A stretch of DNA of 64,000 bases from Candidatus Brocadiia bacterium (GTDB lineage Bacteria; Planctomycetota; MHYJ01; JACQXL01): NCBI GenBank assembly GCA_041658285.1, contig JBBAAP010000002.1, forward strand, positions 44,252-108,251, written 5' to 3'. The stretch's first letter is position 1. Each line of letters starts with the position of its first letter. The notes below the pieces were generated by a model that was given only the letters and a program-made list of their open reading frames with translations, did not search any database and was not told where the DNA came from. The position numbers and the translations under genes were made by a program. Shown here one piece after another: positions 63,227-64,000 of the stretch.

Positions 63227-63886
63227 TTACAATATTTTGGTGCCGTTGATGACCAGTTTGAACTCGCATCCCAACAGCTTAGCCGCTTTTTGGCAGACCA
63301 CCATCCGGGTCAGGAATATCTCGAAGTATTCCATCACCTTGGATATGCGGTTGTCAATGGACAGTTCCAGGGTTATGGTCTTGTCCTTGGGATTGACCTG
63401 AATACGCGATTTCTTGACGGCGTAGTTGACCCGGTCGTGGATGTCAAAGTCTATCTCCTTGGCGGAACGGACTCGCGAGGAATGAACGTCAGCCTTGTCG
63501 GCTATGACCACCGCAGCCGAGATGGGGTTGACCGGCTCGCCACGCTCTTCGTCGTGGTTGCCGATGGCGCTGATTATCCGAGCGATGTCCTCATAATCAA
63601 CCCTGAGGTCTTTGAGTATGTGATAGGCCAGGAAGGCACTGGATATGCCATGGTCGTTGCGGTTGATAGTGTTGCCGATGTCATGCAGGTATCCGGCGAT
63701 AGCGCCGATGGTCTGGTCTTTGTCATCGTAGCCCAGCTTGGACAGGATGTTCTGGGTCATTCCGGCCACCAGTTTGGCGTGCCGCACGCCGTGCTCGGTA
63801 TATCCCATAGTGGCCAGATTGGCGTCGGCCATGGCCATAAAAGCTTTGGCCTGCTCGTTGTTCTTGACCTGTTCTAATGTTATCAT
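63227..63886 (-). CDS. HD-domain metal-dependent phosphohydrolase
   Basis: It has H..H (HGVRHAKLV), HDIG and a later D, the classic HD superfamily motifs. Confidence 0.7.
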   Translation of the reverse strand: MITLEQVKNNEQAKAFMAMADANLATMGYTEHGVRHAKLVAGMTQNILSKLGYDDKDQTIGAIAGYLHDIGNTINRNDHGISSAFLAYHILKDLRVDYEDIARIISAIGNHDEERGEPVNPISAAVVIADKADVHSSRVRSAKEIDFDIHDRVNYAVKKSRIQVNPKDKTITLELSIDNRISKVMEYFEIFLTRMVVCQKAAKLLGCEFKLVINGTKIL

Positions 63887-64000
63887 GCAAACTCCTTATA
63901 AGTAAGCGGATTCAGCCGATAGTGTGGCAGTTTGAACGTAGTGAATTACTGCCAACTATACTGGGCTGTAACTCGCTTTGCTCTAACAGCCCAAGTATTA

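Noticed and set aside
1-64000. tRNA, rRNA or other canonical RNA genes
   Set aside because: I scanned the few non-coding stretches longer than 150 bp (11021-11447, 14702-15134, 16561-16769, 58438-59177, 63041-63226). I saw no GTTCGANTC T-loop/acceptor pattern or rRNA-like conserved blocks. This eye scan cannot exclude short structured RNAs; tRNAscan and Infernal would be decisive.

Overview
This 64 kb window is a chromosomal segment from a Gram-negative-type bacterium with roughly 50% GC. Almost all genes are on the minus strand. From the left it holds: a truncated enolase-superfamily gene; a Hanks-type Ser/Thr kinase; metG; the conserved ricT(yaaT)-holB-tmk block; ruvC; a SpoU methyltransferase; xerC; a DUF1080 secreted protein; a PHP phosphoesterase. 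Next comes a divergent pair of operons: an ECF sigma factor with a zinc anti-sigma factor, facing a zinc-ribbon / trypsin-like lipoprotein / hypothetical / phage-fibre-like repeat protein operon. A roughly 28 kb surface-polysaccharide locus runs from 16.7 to 44.8 kb. It contains an Arn/Gtr-like polyprenyl-P-aminosugar module, a CDP-3,6-dideoxyhexose pathway (ddhABC) with a YerE-like TPP enzyme, a GDP-heptose/6-deoxyheptose-like module, a 1379 aa methyltransferase/coiled-coil/GT2/GT4 enzyme, rfbA, rfbC, an acyl-CoA ligase and a sugar dehydrogenase. Three toxin-antitoxin-like cassettes are interleaved in this locus. One, an AbiEi/AbiEii pair, is flanked by a 74 bp direct duplication of the rfbC 3' end. 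Housekeeping genes follow (two glutaredoxins, radA, rsmE, accA, HU, ChaN-PDZ, dapB). The right end holds a 1818 aa PQQ-propeller outer-membrane protein, a triple excisionase-type HTH protein, a low-GC two-gene islet, an FN3-RCC1 secreted protein and an HD hydrolase. Several non-coding signals are not explained by standard annotation: two unrelated degenerate 22 bp tandem arrays (about 19 and 16 units, no spacers, not CRISPR); a pair of 20 bp GACGTC-centred palindromes spaced 33 bp apart; a 29 nt element present in two copies; and two families of dispersed intergenic motifs. One is CACGRAT direct repeats at 10-11 bp periodicity ending in GGTTAA. The other is AGTAAGCGGATTNAGCYGAT, sitting 10-25 nt upstream of four start codons. 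I found no tRNA, rRNA, CRISPR array, transposase or prophage. All protein calls rest on motifs recognised by eye, not on database searches.
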